Origin: a virus
Lineage: Duplodnaviria; Caudoviricetes
Direction: 5' to 3' (one strand)
Length of the DNA: 61,091 nucleotides
IMG/VR virus record: IMGVR_UViG_3300021335_000017
Span: 1-61,091 of that record
Shown: positions 33,753 to 44,640 of the stretch, one piece after another
Layout of the letters: each line of letters opens with the position of its first letter
How positions within the stretch are numbered: the first letter of the stretch is position 1
Made by a program: the position numbers and the translations under genes
Notes under the pieces: generated by a model
What the model was told of the DNA's origin: nothing
Seen by the model: the letters and a program-made list of their open reading frames with translations, nothing else
The model's database searches: none

Positions 33753-34628
33753 ATGGCAGTGTCAGTAAATAGCGTGATAGATAGAGTCCAGCAAGTGCTA
33801 CAAGACACTACAGGAGTTAGATGGCCCGTTACAGACGAGCTAGTCCTTTGGATTAATGATGCACAGCGTGAGATAGCACTTCTTAAGCCTGATGCATCAG
33901 CTGTAAACACCACAATCAATTTGGTTGCTGGCACAAAACAGTCTATCCCCGCTGATGGTAATAGGCTGCTGAAAGTTGTTAGAAATATGAGCAACCTTGG
34001 TGCCGGTCTCATAGGTGGCAGAGCAGTAAGATTAGTTGACGTAGCAGTGCTAGATACTCAAACACCTGACTGGCATGACCCCAATGTATCAGGCGCAGCG
34101 GCACATGGCAGCGTTGTCGAACACTACGTTTATGACGAGTCAAACCCCCGCAATTTCTATGTATACCCAGGAGCGACAGTAGATGACGCTAATACTGGAA
34201 CTATAGATGAAGCGGCACGCCTAGAAATTATTTACTCAGCTAACCCAGCTACTGTTATCGCAGCAGAATCTGTTACTGCTTGGACTGACTCAGCTACTTA
34301 TGTAGAGAACAACAAGGTGTCGTACGCAAACAAAGTTTGGACTGCTACTGACGAATCCAACAATACTAACCAAACTCCAAGCGCATCATCGGACTATTGG
34401 ACAGAAGATACAAGTGCAAACTTGGCCATACCCGATATATATGCAAACGCCATTATGAACTACGTTCTTTACATGGCATACATGAAAGACGCAGAGTTTG
34501 CCGGTAATCAGCAAAGAGCATCAAGTCATTACCAGCTGTTTTCAACGTCTATCGCCGGTAAAGGGCAACTTGATGCTACAACAAGTCCTAACATGGTAAG
34601 AAACTCACAAGCCGTAGTTGCGGGGTGA
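33753..34628 (+). CDS. Head-tail adaptor (DUF6682-like) with a CBM-like insert
   Basis: LQD..GVRW...EL..WINDAQREI...PDA; FYVYP; YVLY.AYMKDAE. Confidence 0.75.
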   Translation: MAVSVNSVIDRVQQVLQDTTGVRWPVTDELVLWINDAQREIALLKPDASAVNTTINLVAGTKQSIPADGNRLLKVVRNMSNLGAGLIGGRAVRLVDVAVLDTQTPDWHDPNVSGAAAHGSVVEHYVYDESNPRNFYVYPGATVDDANTGTIDEAARLEIIYSANPATVIAAESVTAWTDSATYVENNKVSYANKVWTATDESNNTNQTPSASSDYWTEDTSANLAIPDIYANAIMNYVLYMAYMKDAEFAGNQQRASSHYQLFSTSIAGKGQLDATTSPNMVRNSQAVVAG

Positions 34629-34631
34629 TAA

Positions 34632-35321
34632 ATGGCGATTCCTTATACAAGGTTATTACCAGACGTATTGACAGTCGTCCCCGGCTGTCCAGATATGCTA
34701 GCTGAAAGCAATATAAGAGCTGCTGTCATAGAGTTTTGCGAGAAATCAGAAGCTTACAGAGCTGAGTTTGACCCCATTAATGTCGTTGCAAAACAGCATG
34801 AGTATGAAGTGGACACTCCAATAGCTACAACGGTGCATCGCTTAGATTGGGTTAAGTACGATGGTTTTGACTTAGAACCTGTATCAAGCTCCTTGTTAGA
34901 GCAGCGCTTGGGTGACTGGAGAAAGGACACTGGTACGCCTGCTTACTTTGTACAACAGTCGTCTAGTGCACTAGTTATAGCTCCTAGACCGGCAAAAAAT
35001 GTAGATGCTGGGCTTCGAATAAAAGCTGTGCTGAAACCAACACATACTAGCAACGCATGTGATGACGACTTAATGAACAATTATAGAGATGGGATTTTGA
35101 GCGGTGTTTTATACAGGCTTCTTAGAATGCCTAACAAAGACTGGACAGATTTATCGGCGGCCGGACTTTACGGATCGTTGTTTAATGAATCAATTGCTCG
35201 AGCCACTGAGATAGCTCGAAGCGCGAACACAGGTATAGCTAGGAAGGTTAGATATGGCGGAATTGGCGGATCAAAAGGCGCGTGGCGAACAAGACGTAGA
35301 GATTATGGCAGAAGCTGGTAA
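34632..35321 (+). CDS. Second adaptor/connector-type virion protein
   Basis: VPGCP...AVIEFCEKS, L.P and RLLRMPNKDWTD motifs. Confidence 0.65.
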   Translation: MAIPYTRLLPDVLTVVPGCPDMLAESNIRAAVIEFCEKSEAYRAEFDPINVVAKQHEYEVDTPIATTVHRLDWVKYDGFDLEPVSSSLLEQRLGDWRKDTGTPAYFVQQSSSALVIAPRPAKNVDAGLRIKAVLKPTHTSNACDDDLMNNYRDGILSGVLYRLLRMPNKDWTDLSAAGLYGSLFNESIARATEIARSANTGIARKVRYGGIGGSKGAWRTRRRDYGRSW

Positions 35322-35718
35322 TCCGGCTTTATGCGACATAAGAGTAGAGTGGGATTGGGTAAAGCCGGGTATAGAAGAAATACTCAGGGATAGCCCACAA
35401 TTAACATTCAGACCAGAAGACGTGTATGCGGCCTGTATGAGTCAACAAGCAGCACTATGGTGCGCCCCCGAGGGCTTCGTTGTAACCACTGCAGAAGTTG
35501 ACGAATTTACTGGCGATAGAACGCTCCTAATTTGGTTGGCGTGGGCTAGAGAGAAAGGGCAAAACTGCGCATTAAAGTATTACTCTTTCTTTGCTCAAGG
35601 CGCAAAGAGAGAGGGTTTTAAATACATAGAAACAAGGTCAGCCGTACCCGAGCTAGAAAAATATTTTGTGGGGAACGGCTGGCAAAAAGACACAGTTGTA
35701 TATACGAGAGAATTGTAA
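35305..35718 (+). CDS. Putative GNAT-fold morphogenesis protein
   Basis: W..VKPGIEEIL...EDVY..C...GFVV...LLIWLAW; precedes the ejection proteins. Confidence 0.55.
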   Translation: MAEAGNPALCDIRVEWDWVKPGIEEILRDSPQLTFRPEDVYAACMSQQAALWCAPEGFVVTTAEVDEFTGDRTLLIWLAWAREKGQNCALKYYSFFAQGAKREGFKYIETRSAVPELEKYFVGNGWQKDTVVYTREL

Positions 35719-36377
35719 TGGGATCAAAACCTAAACCAACACCGCCGTCTGACGCCGAAAAAGCATCAGCTTCTGTTGCTAAAGCGGAATACGACTATTT
35801 TAAAAAGAACTATGACCCACTCTTACAACAGATGAGAGACGAGTCAATGTCGGGTGATAACGCTAGTAAGCTGAGAGGTAGGAGTAATGCTGACACTATG
35901 CAAGCTCTTACTTCGCAGCCAAGTTACCAAGCTACTCAAAACGTTCAAAACGCGGGGGACGTAGGTCAAGCCTTACAGGGGCAGTTAGGTTTAGCTAATG
36001 CAAACGCTGCGAAGATACAAAACCAAATGCAATCAAATGTTTTAGGCACAGCTAGAGGGCAAGCAGCCGACGCACAGTCTGGTATGGCCGAGGCGGCTAG
36101 ATTGCAGACATCGCAGGCCCTTGAACGCGCTAGAGGTAAGCAACAAGTTTCTGCAGCGAAAATGAGCGCAGCTGCTCAAATTGGTGGCGCGGCATTGGCG
36201 CAAGGTATATCCAATATGCAAACAACCGGTTTGAAAACACCGACGTCTGGTGTAGGCCCGCCACAACAAGTTAAAGGCAGCTTCTTCTCACCGGTTAACG
36301 CGCAGGGGCAGAAGGTGTCTGGTTTAGGTAACAGAATAAATTACAGCGGGTTCTTTGGTCCCGGGAGCAGTGTGTGA
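35718..36377 (+). CDS. Putative internal virion/ejection protein
   Basis: A/Q/G-rich; podovirus gene order. Confidence 0.6.
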   Translation: MGSKPKPTPPSDAEKASASVAKAEYDYFKKNYDPLLQQMRDESMSGDNASKLRGRSNADTMQALTSQPSYQATQNVQNAGDVGQALQGQLGLANANAAKIQNQMQSNVLGTARGQAADAQSGMAEAARLQTSQALERARGKQQVSAAKMSAAAQIGGAALAQGISNMQTTGLKTPTSGVGPPQQVKGSFFSPVNAQGQKVSGLGNRINYSGFFGPGSSV

Positions 36378-36904
36378 TGAGCGATTTAATCGAAGTAAGT
36401 GATCCAGATAAAGTATACGCTGATATTACTCGCGGCGAGTACGAAGACTACGTCAAGAACTACAGAGCTTTCGAAGAAGAAATGTTAGAAAAAGCTCAAA
36501 ATGACACTAGCCTTATCGATCAGGCCCGAGAAGATAGCAAAGCTGCGACTAAGTTAAGTAAAGGTATTGCTGCCAGAAGCGCTAGTAGGTATGGCGCTCA
36601 ATTGACCCCTGCGCAGCTTGAAGCGCAAAAAAACGCATTAAGAACCGCTAACACTCTTGGGAGTATACAAGCTGTAGCAGATGCAAAAATAGCGCAAAAA
36701 GAAGCAAACCAAGGGCTTCTTTCTGACCTAATAAACATCGGACAAGGCGTAAACAGGTCTTCGCAAAACCAGCTAGGTTCAGCCGCAGCTAATGCTACTG
36801 CGAGAAAGAATGCCTACGAACAGGCTAAAGCTCAGCATAAAGCTCAGACTTACGCAACTATCGGCAGCCTTGGTGCTGCTGCAATAATGGCATTTGCTTT
36901 TTAA
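36374..36904 (+). CDS. Putative internal virion/ejection protein
   Basis: A/Q-rich helix with a hydrophobic C-terminus. Confidence 0.6.
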   Translation: MMSDLIEVSDPDKVYADITRGEYEDYVKNYRAFEEEMLEKAQNDTSLIDQAREDSKAATKLSKGIAARSASRYGAQLTPAQLEAQKNALRTANTLGSIQAVADAKIAQKEANQGLLSDLINIGQGVNRSSQNQLGSAAANATARKNAYEQAKAQHKAQTYATIGSLGAAAIMAFAF

Positions 36905-36913
36905 GAGGTATAT

Positions 36914-38857
36914 ATGGCTCAATACGGAAATGTTGGAGACGCGTTTTTAGCTGGCTTTCAAGGCGTAAGAGCCATGCAGCAACAGCGTTTTGATAACGAA
37001 TTAAATACTAGAAAACTTGATCAGGTCGATACGCAACTTGGTATTGAGGATAGACGCATTCAAGTCCTTGAGGGCGATCTGCAGTTGAAAAAGGATGCAG
37101 CTGCTAGTCAAGAAGTTATTGCCGGTAATGACCAGTGGATCGACACTGCTAATGCGGCTGGTCTTTTGTCTAAAGATAGGCTCAGTTTGAACGGCGAAGC
37201 AATGCGAGCTGGTATCGAAAAAGGCGACATGACTGTTACTGGAGTTGCCTTGGATCTCGTAAACTCGAGCGGCCAACTTCCAGAAGGTTCCGTAGCAGAG
37301 TCTATACAGCCTTTACCTAACGGCGGTTATGCGATCACAGTGAGAAATCCTGACGGTTCTATGGGCGCTGTAACTGAAGATGGGACAAGCAACCCAGACT
37401 CAAAAGTCGTTAATTTTGATGTAGGTAAACTAGTTAATATTGGTAACCTACACTATCAAAAAAATGTAGTATCAAACTCTTCAATATTCGACCCGTCTCA
37501 AATGCGTGCCCAGTTAGACCGTATAGACAGTGACGCCGAGAGAAATGAGCTACTTAAAAAGTATGAAGGTATAGTACAAACCGGTCAGGTATTAGACAAA
37601 GTTAGTCAGTCTGGTGATGTTGGTGCGGTCAGAGGTATTACAGATGTCTTGGCAAGCGGTGACGGACAAGAAGCTTCAGATCAAATTCTTTCTGAGGTAT
37701 CAAATGACCTTGGTGTTGAAGACAAAATAGGCGTAGCCAAAGCAGAACAACCTAATCCCGACAAGCCTAAGAAAATAGGCAGAATGGCTAAAGCTAATGA
37801 GCTAATCGCAGAGCGAAACAAGCCATCAGCCGAAAAAATCCAAAAAGAAATAGATCAATTATCCTCAAGAGCAAAAAATGCTAGGTCCCAGACCGCTCGA
37901 AGAGCAGCAGCTAAAAAGTTAGAAGCTAAACAAAAAGAACTTGCGGAGTTTAAACAATCCAAATCGGTGTTCTCAGAATCACCAACAGCGACCGCAATTG
38001 CTGACAAAACTAATGAACAAGTGGATGCTGCTATTGCTTCGGGTGAAATTAAAGTAACGCCAGAAGAATCTAGAGACGTTGCCCAAAAGATGAAGGGCGA
38101 GGGTATTGAAGATATTGCGGGTTTACTAAGACTTAATGATAAAGACAGAGCAGTAGCAAGAGCCGTTATTCTTTCTTCTACGACGGACGAAGTTACCAGA
38201 AGAGCTTTATCAGATGAGATAAATAACATTTTTGAAACAGACGCTGGTCAGGCTAGCTATACAGTTGCTGAGCAAGAAGATGACAAGAATGCTAGAGCGA
38301 CTGCTACTAATAACAGATTAAAGATTACTAATTCGCACAGAGAATGGGCCGCTGGAGAGTACGACACTGCTGTGGACGAAGCCACTGCTTGGACAGATAG
38401 CGTGAATAAAGTTTGGTTCGGTGAGAACGGAGATGAGTCTAACTTAGATGAAGATACGGCTAAGATGATTTACAGAAAGTTCATACCGGAAATGCTTTTC
38501 AAAGCACAGCGCTCTAAGAACCCTCAAGAGGCAAAAGTTCGCTTTGACGCACTGAGCGGAGCTATAAGCACCTCGGTAGCGGCAATGGCAGCTGAAGAGG
38601 AAGGCGGTTTCAAAGAAACTATAATAAGCTTCTTTAGACCTGACGCCGAAGACAACGTAGAAGCAACTGATTTCGACTTGAGCAGGGTCCTTCCTGAGTA
38701 CGACGCAAGCGGCAAGGTTATTGCCTACACATATCGCGACCCCGATGGTAATGTTAATGATGAACGCATCATGGCAGGCGATCTGGCTAAGTTGGATAGC
38801 AACGTTGAAAAAATAGTTAGAGAAGCAGCGGTTTATAACAGTAAAAAATCGGGGTAA
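36914..38857 (+). CDS. Putative internal virion/ejection protein
   Basis: 647 aa, helical; N-terminal DAFLAGF motif. Confidence 0.6.
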   Translation: MAQYGNVGDAFLAGFQGVRAMQQQRFDNELNTRKLDQVDTQLGIEDRRIQVLEGDLQLKKDAAASQEVIAGNDQWIDTANAAGLLSKDRLSLNGEAMRAGIEKGDMTVTGVALDLVNSSGQLPEGSVAESIQPLPNGGYAITVRNPDGSMGAVTEDGTSNPDSKVVNFDVGKLVNIGNLHYQKNVVSNSSIFDPSQMRAQLDRIDSDAERNELLKKYEGIVQTGQVLDKVSQSGDVGAVRGITDVLASGDGQEASDQILSEVSNDLGVEDKIGVAKAEQPNPDKPKKIGRMAKANELIAERNKPSAEKIQKEIDQLSSRAKNARSQTARRAAAKKLEAKQKELAEFKQSKSVFSESPTATAIADKTNEQVDAAIASGEIKVTPEESRDVAQKMKGEGIEDIAGLLRLNDKDRAVARAVILSSTTDEVTRRALSDEINNIFETDAGQASYTVAEQEDDKNARATATNNRLKITNSHREWAAGEYDTAVDEATAWTDSVNKVWFGENGDESNLDEDTAKMIYRKFIPEMLFKAQRSKNPQEAKVRFDALSGAISTSVAAMAAEEEGGFKETIISFFRPDAEDNVEATDFDLSRVLPEYDASGKVIAYTYRDPDGNVNDERIMAGDLAKLDSNVEKIVREAAVYNSKKSG

Positions 38858-38863
38858 ACGCCA

Positions 38864-41800
38864 ATGGCAAATACCCCCTTTGAAAACTTCCTAGCGCAAG
38901 CTGATACCTCGCCTACTTTTACGGGTGAAAATGAGACCGTCGAAAGAGGTAAAGATAGAGATCTTGTCGAAGCGTTCCAAGACGGGGCCCTACAGGGCGC
39001 AGAAGGTCTTGGGGCAGACCTTGAGTATTTCTCAAGCCTTACTAACACACTTCTTGGCGACAAAGAATCCGCTGCTGACAATATAGCGCGTGCTCGTCAG
39101 TACGAAGAACAAGCAGCTAATGCTACAGCGGGCATGGAATCCTTTGAAGAGTTCCTCGATGAGCCCACTGTTATGGGCTTTCTTACGCAAGCAGCTAAAT
39201 TTAGCGGACAAGCTTCACCTAGCTTACTTACAACTGTAGCCGGCGGCGGTATCGGCGGCATCGGTCTTACTGTCGGTAAAGCAGGGTTATCAAAAGTATC
39301 TAAATCAACAGCAAAACGCATCGTCAAAGATTCCTTAGAAAGAACTGCAAAAGGTGTAGCAACACCTGACGAAAAAGATTTAGCTAACTCAGCGTACCGT
39401 ACGTTTAAAACTGGCGCGCTAGGCGGAGCTTTTACCGCAGAATATGCCCCACTCGCCGGTCAAAATTTAAACGAGGCTTTAGAAGCTGGCCAAGAGTTGG
39501 ATAGAGGCACTGCTCTTAGAGCTGGTACAGTTGCTTTACCTCAAGCGACGGTCGGCGTAGCCGGAGAAGTCGCAATCCTAAAACTTATAGGGAAGGTAGC
39601 TAATAAGCGAGCTGCAAAAGAGGGCGGAAAGTTCTCCGGTTTAACAAAAGAAATAGCATCAAACTTCCTAAAATCTGGTTCCATAGAGGCTACTACTGAG
39701 GTCGCGCAAGAAGGTATAGCAATTGCTAACCGTATGCAGATGGACGAAGAGTACACACTCCAAGATGCAAAACTCCGTTTGGCTGAATCGGCGTTCGGCG
39801 GATTCATGGGGGGCGCCCCTGTTGGTGCTACGGGTACAGCTGTTGTCGGAGGCGTCAAAGCCGCTTCTGACGCTGGCGTTGTTGATACGGCTGCCGAAGT
39901 TTTCGATAAAGCAAGACGAATGGTTGATGCTGCTAGAGAGTTTAAGGTCAATAAGGAAATAGACAGTGAGCAGTATGGCGACGTTATGTCTGGAAACACA
40001 ACACCAGAATCGCCAACTGATATAAAAGCCCAGCTTAAGGCTATGGTAAACCCAACTAGCACTAAACAAGCAGTCTGGGATGCGGGCGACAAACCTAGTT
40101 ATAAAGCTAGAACTGGCGTCGCTACTGAGATTAGCGTGGATGGAGAGATAGCCTGGGCAGCATTTATCCCCGGTAGAGGCACAATAATTTCCGCAGATAA
40201 GAATATTGTTAACGAAGTTATATCCTCTGGCGCTAGTGACTCTGCTTTATCTATAGCACTTGGCTATACAAAAACCAAAACAGAACTGGGTGACGGCGAC
40301 TTAGTAGTACAGGCGTTTGATGCTGACGGCAACGTGATTTCTGAGGAACTGACTGACCAAGCGAACTTAGAAGCTGCTAAAGCTAATGCTGAAGGCTTGG
40401 CGCCAGAAGGCGGCAATATCGGCGTTACTACTGCTGAGAAAGCTCTTGAGGAGCGTCGAAAACGCTTTGATGGACAGCCTAATGCTAAGTTTATGGACGA
40501 TGAGGCGTTCGAGCAACAGGACGGTATGCAAACTGTAGAGGCTTCTGAGGAAACAGTTACAGGTGAGTACGCACCTAAAAAAGACCCAAGTAGACTTTTT
40601 GACAACACCCAACAGGTGCGAGATGAATATGACCAAGTGTTTGGAGAGCAAGACTGGTCAAGTGCAGATATGGCACAAATGTCAGAAAGCACTCTTAGTG
40701 AGGCTGTAAAACAACAACGTGCCAACAAAAACTCCGTTGTAAGCATTCGCAAAAACGACAATGGGCAGTTCGAAGTTGTCAGAAATGATTTTGCAGATAA
40801 CTTAATTGAGCTAAGAGATCCCATAACAAAAGAGGTATATCGACTAACACCTTCTGAGTTCTTACCAAAAGCTATACAGATTGCTAAGAAGAGTAAATAT
40901 CGCGAAGGCGAATCAGGCGTAACCATTGTTACACCAGATGGAAAGAGACAGAAAGTTAACCTAGTAGATATAACACGCGCAGGGCAGCGCTTAGCTGCGT
41001 CGCGCGGAGACGGACAGTTTGAGGGGCAGACACCTTTCGAATCTGCACAACGCGGTCTACAAGAAATACTTGCAGACTTACAGATAGAGGGATACGACGT
41101 TATTGTATCCGGAGAATCTATATTTAACATTGGTGATCAGAAGTTGCCTGACTACCAAGGCAGCACTGTCGCAACAAAAGTAAACGGCGCCAATGTAACA
41201 CTTGGAGATTTACTAGCACCAAGAGATACCATACTTGAATCTAGACCCGAAACTATATTAGCAGAAGATGTCGATTCAGAGGGTAGACCAACAGGCGAAA
41301 TAGTAGGTAGTCAGTCAGGTACAGACGCGGCAATGGATGCTTTCGAGCGTTTCCAAAGAGAAGCACTTGGCAGAGAGACTAGAAGAATCAACGAAGAGTT
41401 TGATCCTGACGATCAAGTAGACGAAGCAGACGGCCGTTCAGAAGTTGATAGAAATCTTGACCGACCAGAGACTACAGAAGATGCAGATCGCCAGACTGAT
41501 AAACGTACTGGACGTGCGCCCTCTACGAATAATGCTGATACTGTTGCGGGTATAAGCGATTCTTTCCTTGTCGGTTTAGTAAGAAGCCTCCAAAAAGCTA
41601 TAAAGCTAAAAAACCCGCCTAGAATATTTAGTCTAGAAATGCTTCAGAAAATGTCTGATGCTCAGATACAGGAGCAGTTTGGTGCTCAAAATGTTGAAGC
41701 TGTTAAAAGCATGATAGCTAAAATGAGCGACAAAGACTCGATGCGAGGCATGTTCTTAGAGCTAAATGATAGTCCTAACTTGGTCGTACTAAACGAATCG

Positions 41801-44254
41801 GGCAACGCGTTATCTGACGCTATGGTGTTAGCGCACGAACTTGGACACGCATTATTCAAAGAAGAGATGACTTCAGCGGTAGCTAACCCAGCTGTCCGGC
41901 AGCGTCTACTCAGCGCATTTAGAAAGGACAAAAGATACCAGAACTATATTGATGGCTACAATGGCGACGCAGAACTTGCTTTCGAAGAGTGGTATGCCGA
42001 TCAAGTAGCAAGATGGGCTACTAAGAAGTTTATAAATAAACAGGCTAGGTCTCTTACAGACAAGCATTTTAAGAGTGTAGCAAATCGCCTCAAAAGACTT
42101 TACAGAGAGTTAAGTCGCTCTATGAGAAAACGTATGGGTAAATCTATACCCGAGTTTGAAACATATGTTGACGCAGTTGTTGAGGCTAAGAAACAAGGTT
42201 TTGAAACAGCAGGCACTGCTGCGAATCCTACATTCTTACAAAAAGCTCTAGTCAAAGGTATAGAGCAAGAAATAGTTAGGATGGGCGGAGAAGGCTTAGC
42301 AGATCATTGGCGTGCAAAAGTCAGAGAGATCGCAAGAAACCCTAAATTACGCCCCTTAATGAAAATAGTACGAACCGCTGACAGTATCATGCGAATGCAC
42401 GGCGGTAGGAAAATAGCAGACATGTTTTATGTGCGTTCGCAAGACGCTGAAGGTGGCGGTAACTTAGGGATGGTAGGCGCTTCTGCAAGGCAAATTGCCG
42501 AGTTCCAAAACAAGTTTGAAGACGAAATTGGCGCTATGGATGACCCCGATGTTCAAGCTGCTTTGTTGGAAGCTATGGGTGATAAACCTACCGACCAACT
42601 GTCCCCTAAAGCACAGCAAGTTCGAAAGTTTTTAGATTCGGTTTATGACGAGTATATAGCCCCATCTAATACAGACATAGGGCGGCAAGAGAACTACTTC
42701 CCGACTGCTTTAAACCTAATGGCCATCCAAGAAAATTTAGATGCTTTTGTTGAACTAATTATAGAAAACGACCCAACAGCAAATGAGCAAGACGTCAGAG
42801 ATTCTATTCAGGCTGTTTTACGTTACAACCAAAGTGTTGCTGATGGACAACCTATTGATGTTGATGCAACAAACCCAGCTGCAGCTGTAGAGAAAGCTCT
42901 TAAACTTACACTCAATGTAGGAAGAAACAAGTTATACGATGCTGGCTTTTTGCATGAGCCACAAGACGCGTTTGTTCAATACTTAAGACATGTTGTTAAA
43001 CGCGTAGAGTGGAATAAACATACTAAAGATGATCAGGGCAACGACATATTAGAACAAGAAATGGATAAACTCGACCCTGAAGATAGAGCTGTTGTCGAGG
43101 AAGTAATTTCTACGTACCTTGGCTACCAAACAAAACCATTAAGTCCATTCTGGAGGAAGGTAAACAGCTACGGTCAGTTCTTACAGTTCGTAACAATTCT
43201 GCCCTTTGCAGCAATCGCGTCGTTACCAGAGCTGGCGGGACCCGTAATTAACTCTAAAGAATTTGCGGATATTATGACAGGCCTGAAAGAAGTCGGTAGA
43301 ACAATAAGAAATAGAGCTGAGGCTAAGCAGTTCGCAAGGGATATAGGTGTCGTTACAAATGAGGTAGTAGCAAACTCGTGGGTGACGCAGGCTGAGATGG
43401 ATTACATGGACCCAAAAGTACGGAAGATGTCTGATGTGTTCTTTAAGTACACTGCGTTGCAATGGTTCACTAATTTCTCTAGAGAGTTTGCCGCTGGCAT
43501 GGGCGCACAGTTTATTATGAAACATGCCCGTAACGAGTTTAATAACCCAAGATCTACAAGGTATCTGCAAGAGCTTGGTCTAACGGCTGAAGAAGTTTTA
43601 GCGTGGAATAAAAACGGTAGAAAGTTTAATACGCCCGAAGGTAAAAAAGTAAAAGCAGGGTTACAACGTTTCGTTGAATCCTCAATCCTCAGACCAAACG
43701 CAGCAGAGAGACCAATCTGGGCTTCAGATCCACACTGGGCGCTTGTTTGGCAATTGAAGTCTTATTTTTACGCATATACCAAGGTTATATTCGGCGGTAT
43801 CTCCCGCGAAATGCAATCAAGAAGAAACGAGATGGACGGGCAGGGCATGCCGCAACTAACTGCGACTATGTCAGTTTTAGCAATTACCGCATTGGCTACT
43901 ATGCCATTGGCTATGTTAGGCATGGAGGTAAGGGAGTACACGAAGCAGGGGCTAGCTGCAATTATGCCGGGTGTTGAAACAAGCAATAAATACTTCCGCT
44001 CTGACCGAATGGACTGGCCAACATATCTAACTGAGATATTTGATAGGTCTGGATTCCTAGGTATTTTAACTTTGGGGTCTATGGCTCATCAAAACGCTAA
44101 GTGGGATAACAAAGGTATAGAAGGATACTTACCAGACTCGGTATTGCCGTTTTTAGGGCCGACAGCAGAAACAATTGACACAATTTTAGAGAACGGATTT
44201 CAGGTTGATCGGTCTCTTAAAAATCGATTAATACCAATCTACAATCAACTTTAG
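38864..44254 (+). CDS. Large ejection protein with a zincin-like domain
   Basis: 1796 aa; Gly/Ala-rich N-terminus (EATTEVAQE); AHELGH...FEEWYAD. Confidence 0.7.
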   Translation: MANTPFENFLAQADTSPTFTGENETVERGKDRDLVEAFQDGALQGAEGLGADLEYFSSLTNTLLGDKESAADNIARARQYEEQAANATAGMESFEEFLDEPTVMGFLTQAAKFSGQASPSLLTTVAGGGIGGIGLTVGKAGLSKVSKSTAKRIVKDSLERTAKGVATPDEKDLANSAYRTFKTGALGGAFTAEYAPLAGQNLNEALEAGQELDRGTALRAGTVALPQATVGVAGEVAILKLIGKVANKRAAKEGGKFSGLTKEIASNFLKSGSIEATTEVAQEGIAIANRMQMDEEYTLQDAKLRLAESAFGGFMGGAPVGATGTAVVGGVKAASDAGVVDTAAEVFDKARRMVDAAREFKVNKEIDSEQYGDVMSGNTTPESPTDIKAQLKAMVNPTSTKQAVWDAGDKPSYKARTGVATEISVDGEIAWAAFIPGRGTIISADKNIVNEVISSGASDSALSIALGYTKTKTELGDGDLVVQAFDADGNVISEELTDQANLEAAKANAEGLAPEGGNIGVTTAEKALEERRKRFDGQPNAKFMDDEAFEQQDGMQTVEASEETVTGEYAPKKDPSRLFDNTQQVRDEYDQVFGEQDWSSADMAQMSESTLSEAVKQQRANKNSVVSIRKNDNGQFEVVRNDFADNLIELRDPITKEVYRLTPSEFLPKAIQIAKKSKYREGESGVTIVTPDGKRQKVNLVDITRAGQRLAASRGDGQFEGQTPFESAQRGLQEILADLQIEGYDVIVSGESIFNIGDQKLPDYQGSTVATKVNGANVTLGDLLAPRDTILESRPETILAEDVDSEGRPTGEIVGSQSGTDAAMDAFERFQREALGRETRRINEEFDPDDQVDEADGRSEVDRNLDRPETTEDADRQTDKRTGRAPSTNNADTVAGISDSFLVGLVRSLQKAIKLKNPPRIFSLEMLQKMSDAQIQEQFGAQNVEAVKSMIAKMSDKDSMRGMFLELNDSPNLVVLNESGNALSDAMVLAHELGHALFKEEMTSAVANPAVRQRLLSAFRKDKRYQNYIDGYNGDAELAFEEWYADQVARWATKKFINKQARSLTDKHFKSVANRLKRLYRELSRSMRKRMGKSIPEFETYVDAVVEAKKQGFETAGTAANPTFLQKALVKGIEQEIVRMGGEGLADHWRAKVREIARNPKLRPLMKIVRTADSIMRMHGGRKIADMFYVRSQDAEGGGNLGMVGASARQIAEFQNKFEDEIGAMDDPDVQAALLEAMGDKPTDQLSPKAQQVRKFLDSVYDEYIAPSNTDIGRQENYFPTALNLMAIQENLDAFVELIIENDPTANEQDVRDSIQAVLRYNQSVADGQPIDVDATNPAAAVEKALKLTLNVGRNKLYDAGFLHEPQDAFVQYLRHVVKRVEWNKHTKDDQGNDILEQEMDKLDPEDRAVVEEVISTYLGYQTKPLSPFWRKVNSYGQFLQFVTILPFAAIASLPELAGPVINSKEFADIMTGLKEVGRTIRNRAEAKQFARDIGVVTNEVVANSWVTQAEMDYMDPKVRKMSDVFFKYTALQWFTNFSREFAAGMGAQFIMKHARNEFNNPRSTRYLQELGLTAEEVLAWNKNGRKFNTPEGKKVKAGLQRFVESSILRPNAAERPIWASDPHWALVWQLKSYFYAYTKVIFGGISREMQSRRNEMDGQGMPQLTATMSVLAITALATMPLAMLGMEVREYTKQGLAAIMPGVETSNKYFRSDRMDWPTYLTEIFDRSGFLGILTLGSMAHQNAKWDNKGIEGYLPDSVLPFLGPTAETIDTILENGFQVDRSLKNRLIPIYNQL

Positions 44255-44265
44255 GAATATTAGCA

Positions 44266-44640
44266 ATGGGATTATTTAACTTAATTGGTCCAATTACAAA
44301 TTTGGCGGGTAGCTATCTTAAAAACAAAGCTGACGAGAAGAAAGCCATTCACAAGCGTAAGATGGAGAACATAAAGAATGACGCAGACTGGGAAGCAAAA
44401 ATGGCTGAGGCGTCAGGTAACTCGTGGAAAGATGAATTTTGGACTATAATATTAGCTGTACCAATATTTATGGTAGGATATGCTATAGCCGTTAATGATA
44501 TGACTGTAGTCGAAAGGGTGAAAGAAAGTTTTGCTGCTCTATCAGAATTACCAGAGTGGTATCAGTATCTTTTGTTTATAGCGATATCAAGCAGCTTTGG
44601 TATTAAAGGCGTAGGAAAATTAATGAGCTTAAGAAAATGA
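44266..44640 (+). CDS. Holin-like membrane protein
   Basis: SWKDEFWTIIL...LPEWYQYLLFIAISSSFG; lies next to the endolysin. Confidence 0.7.
   Translation: MGLFNLIGPITNLAGSYLKNKADEKKAIHKRKMENIKNDADWEAKMAEASGNSWKDEFWTIILAVPIFMVGYAIAVNDMTVVERVKESFAALSELPEWYQYLLFIAISSSFGIKGVGKLMSLRK

Noticed and set aside
38864-44254. N4-like virion RNA polymerase
   Set aside because: About half the size of N4 vRNAP, with no recognisable single-subunit RNAP motifs.
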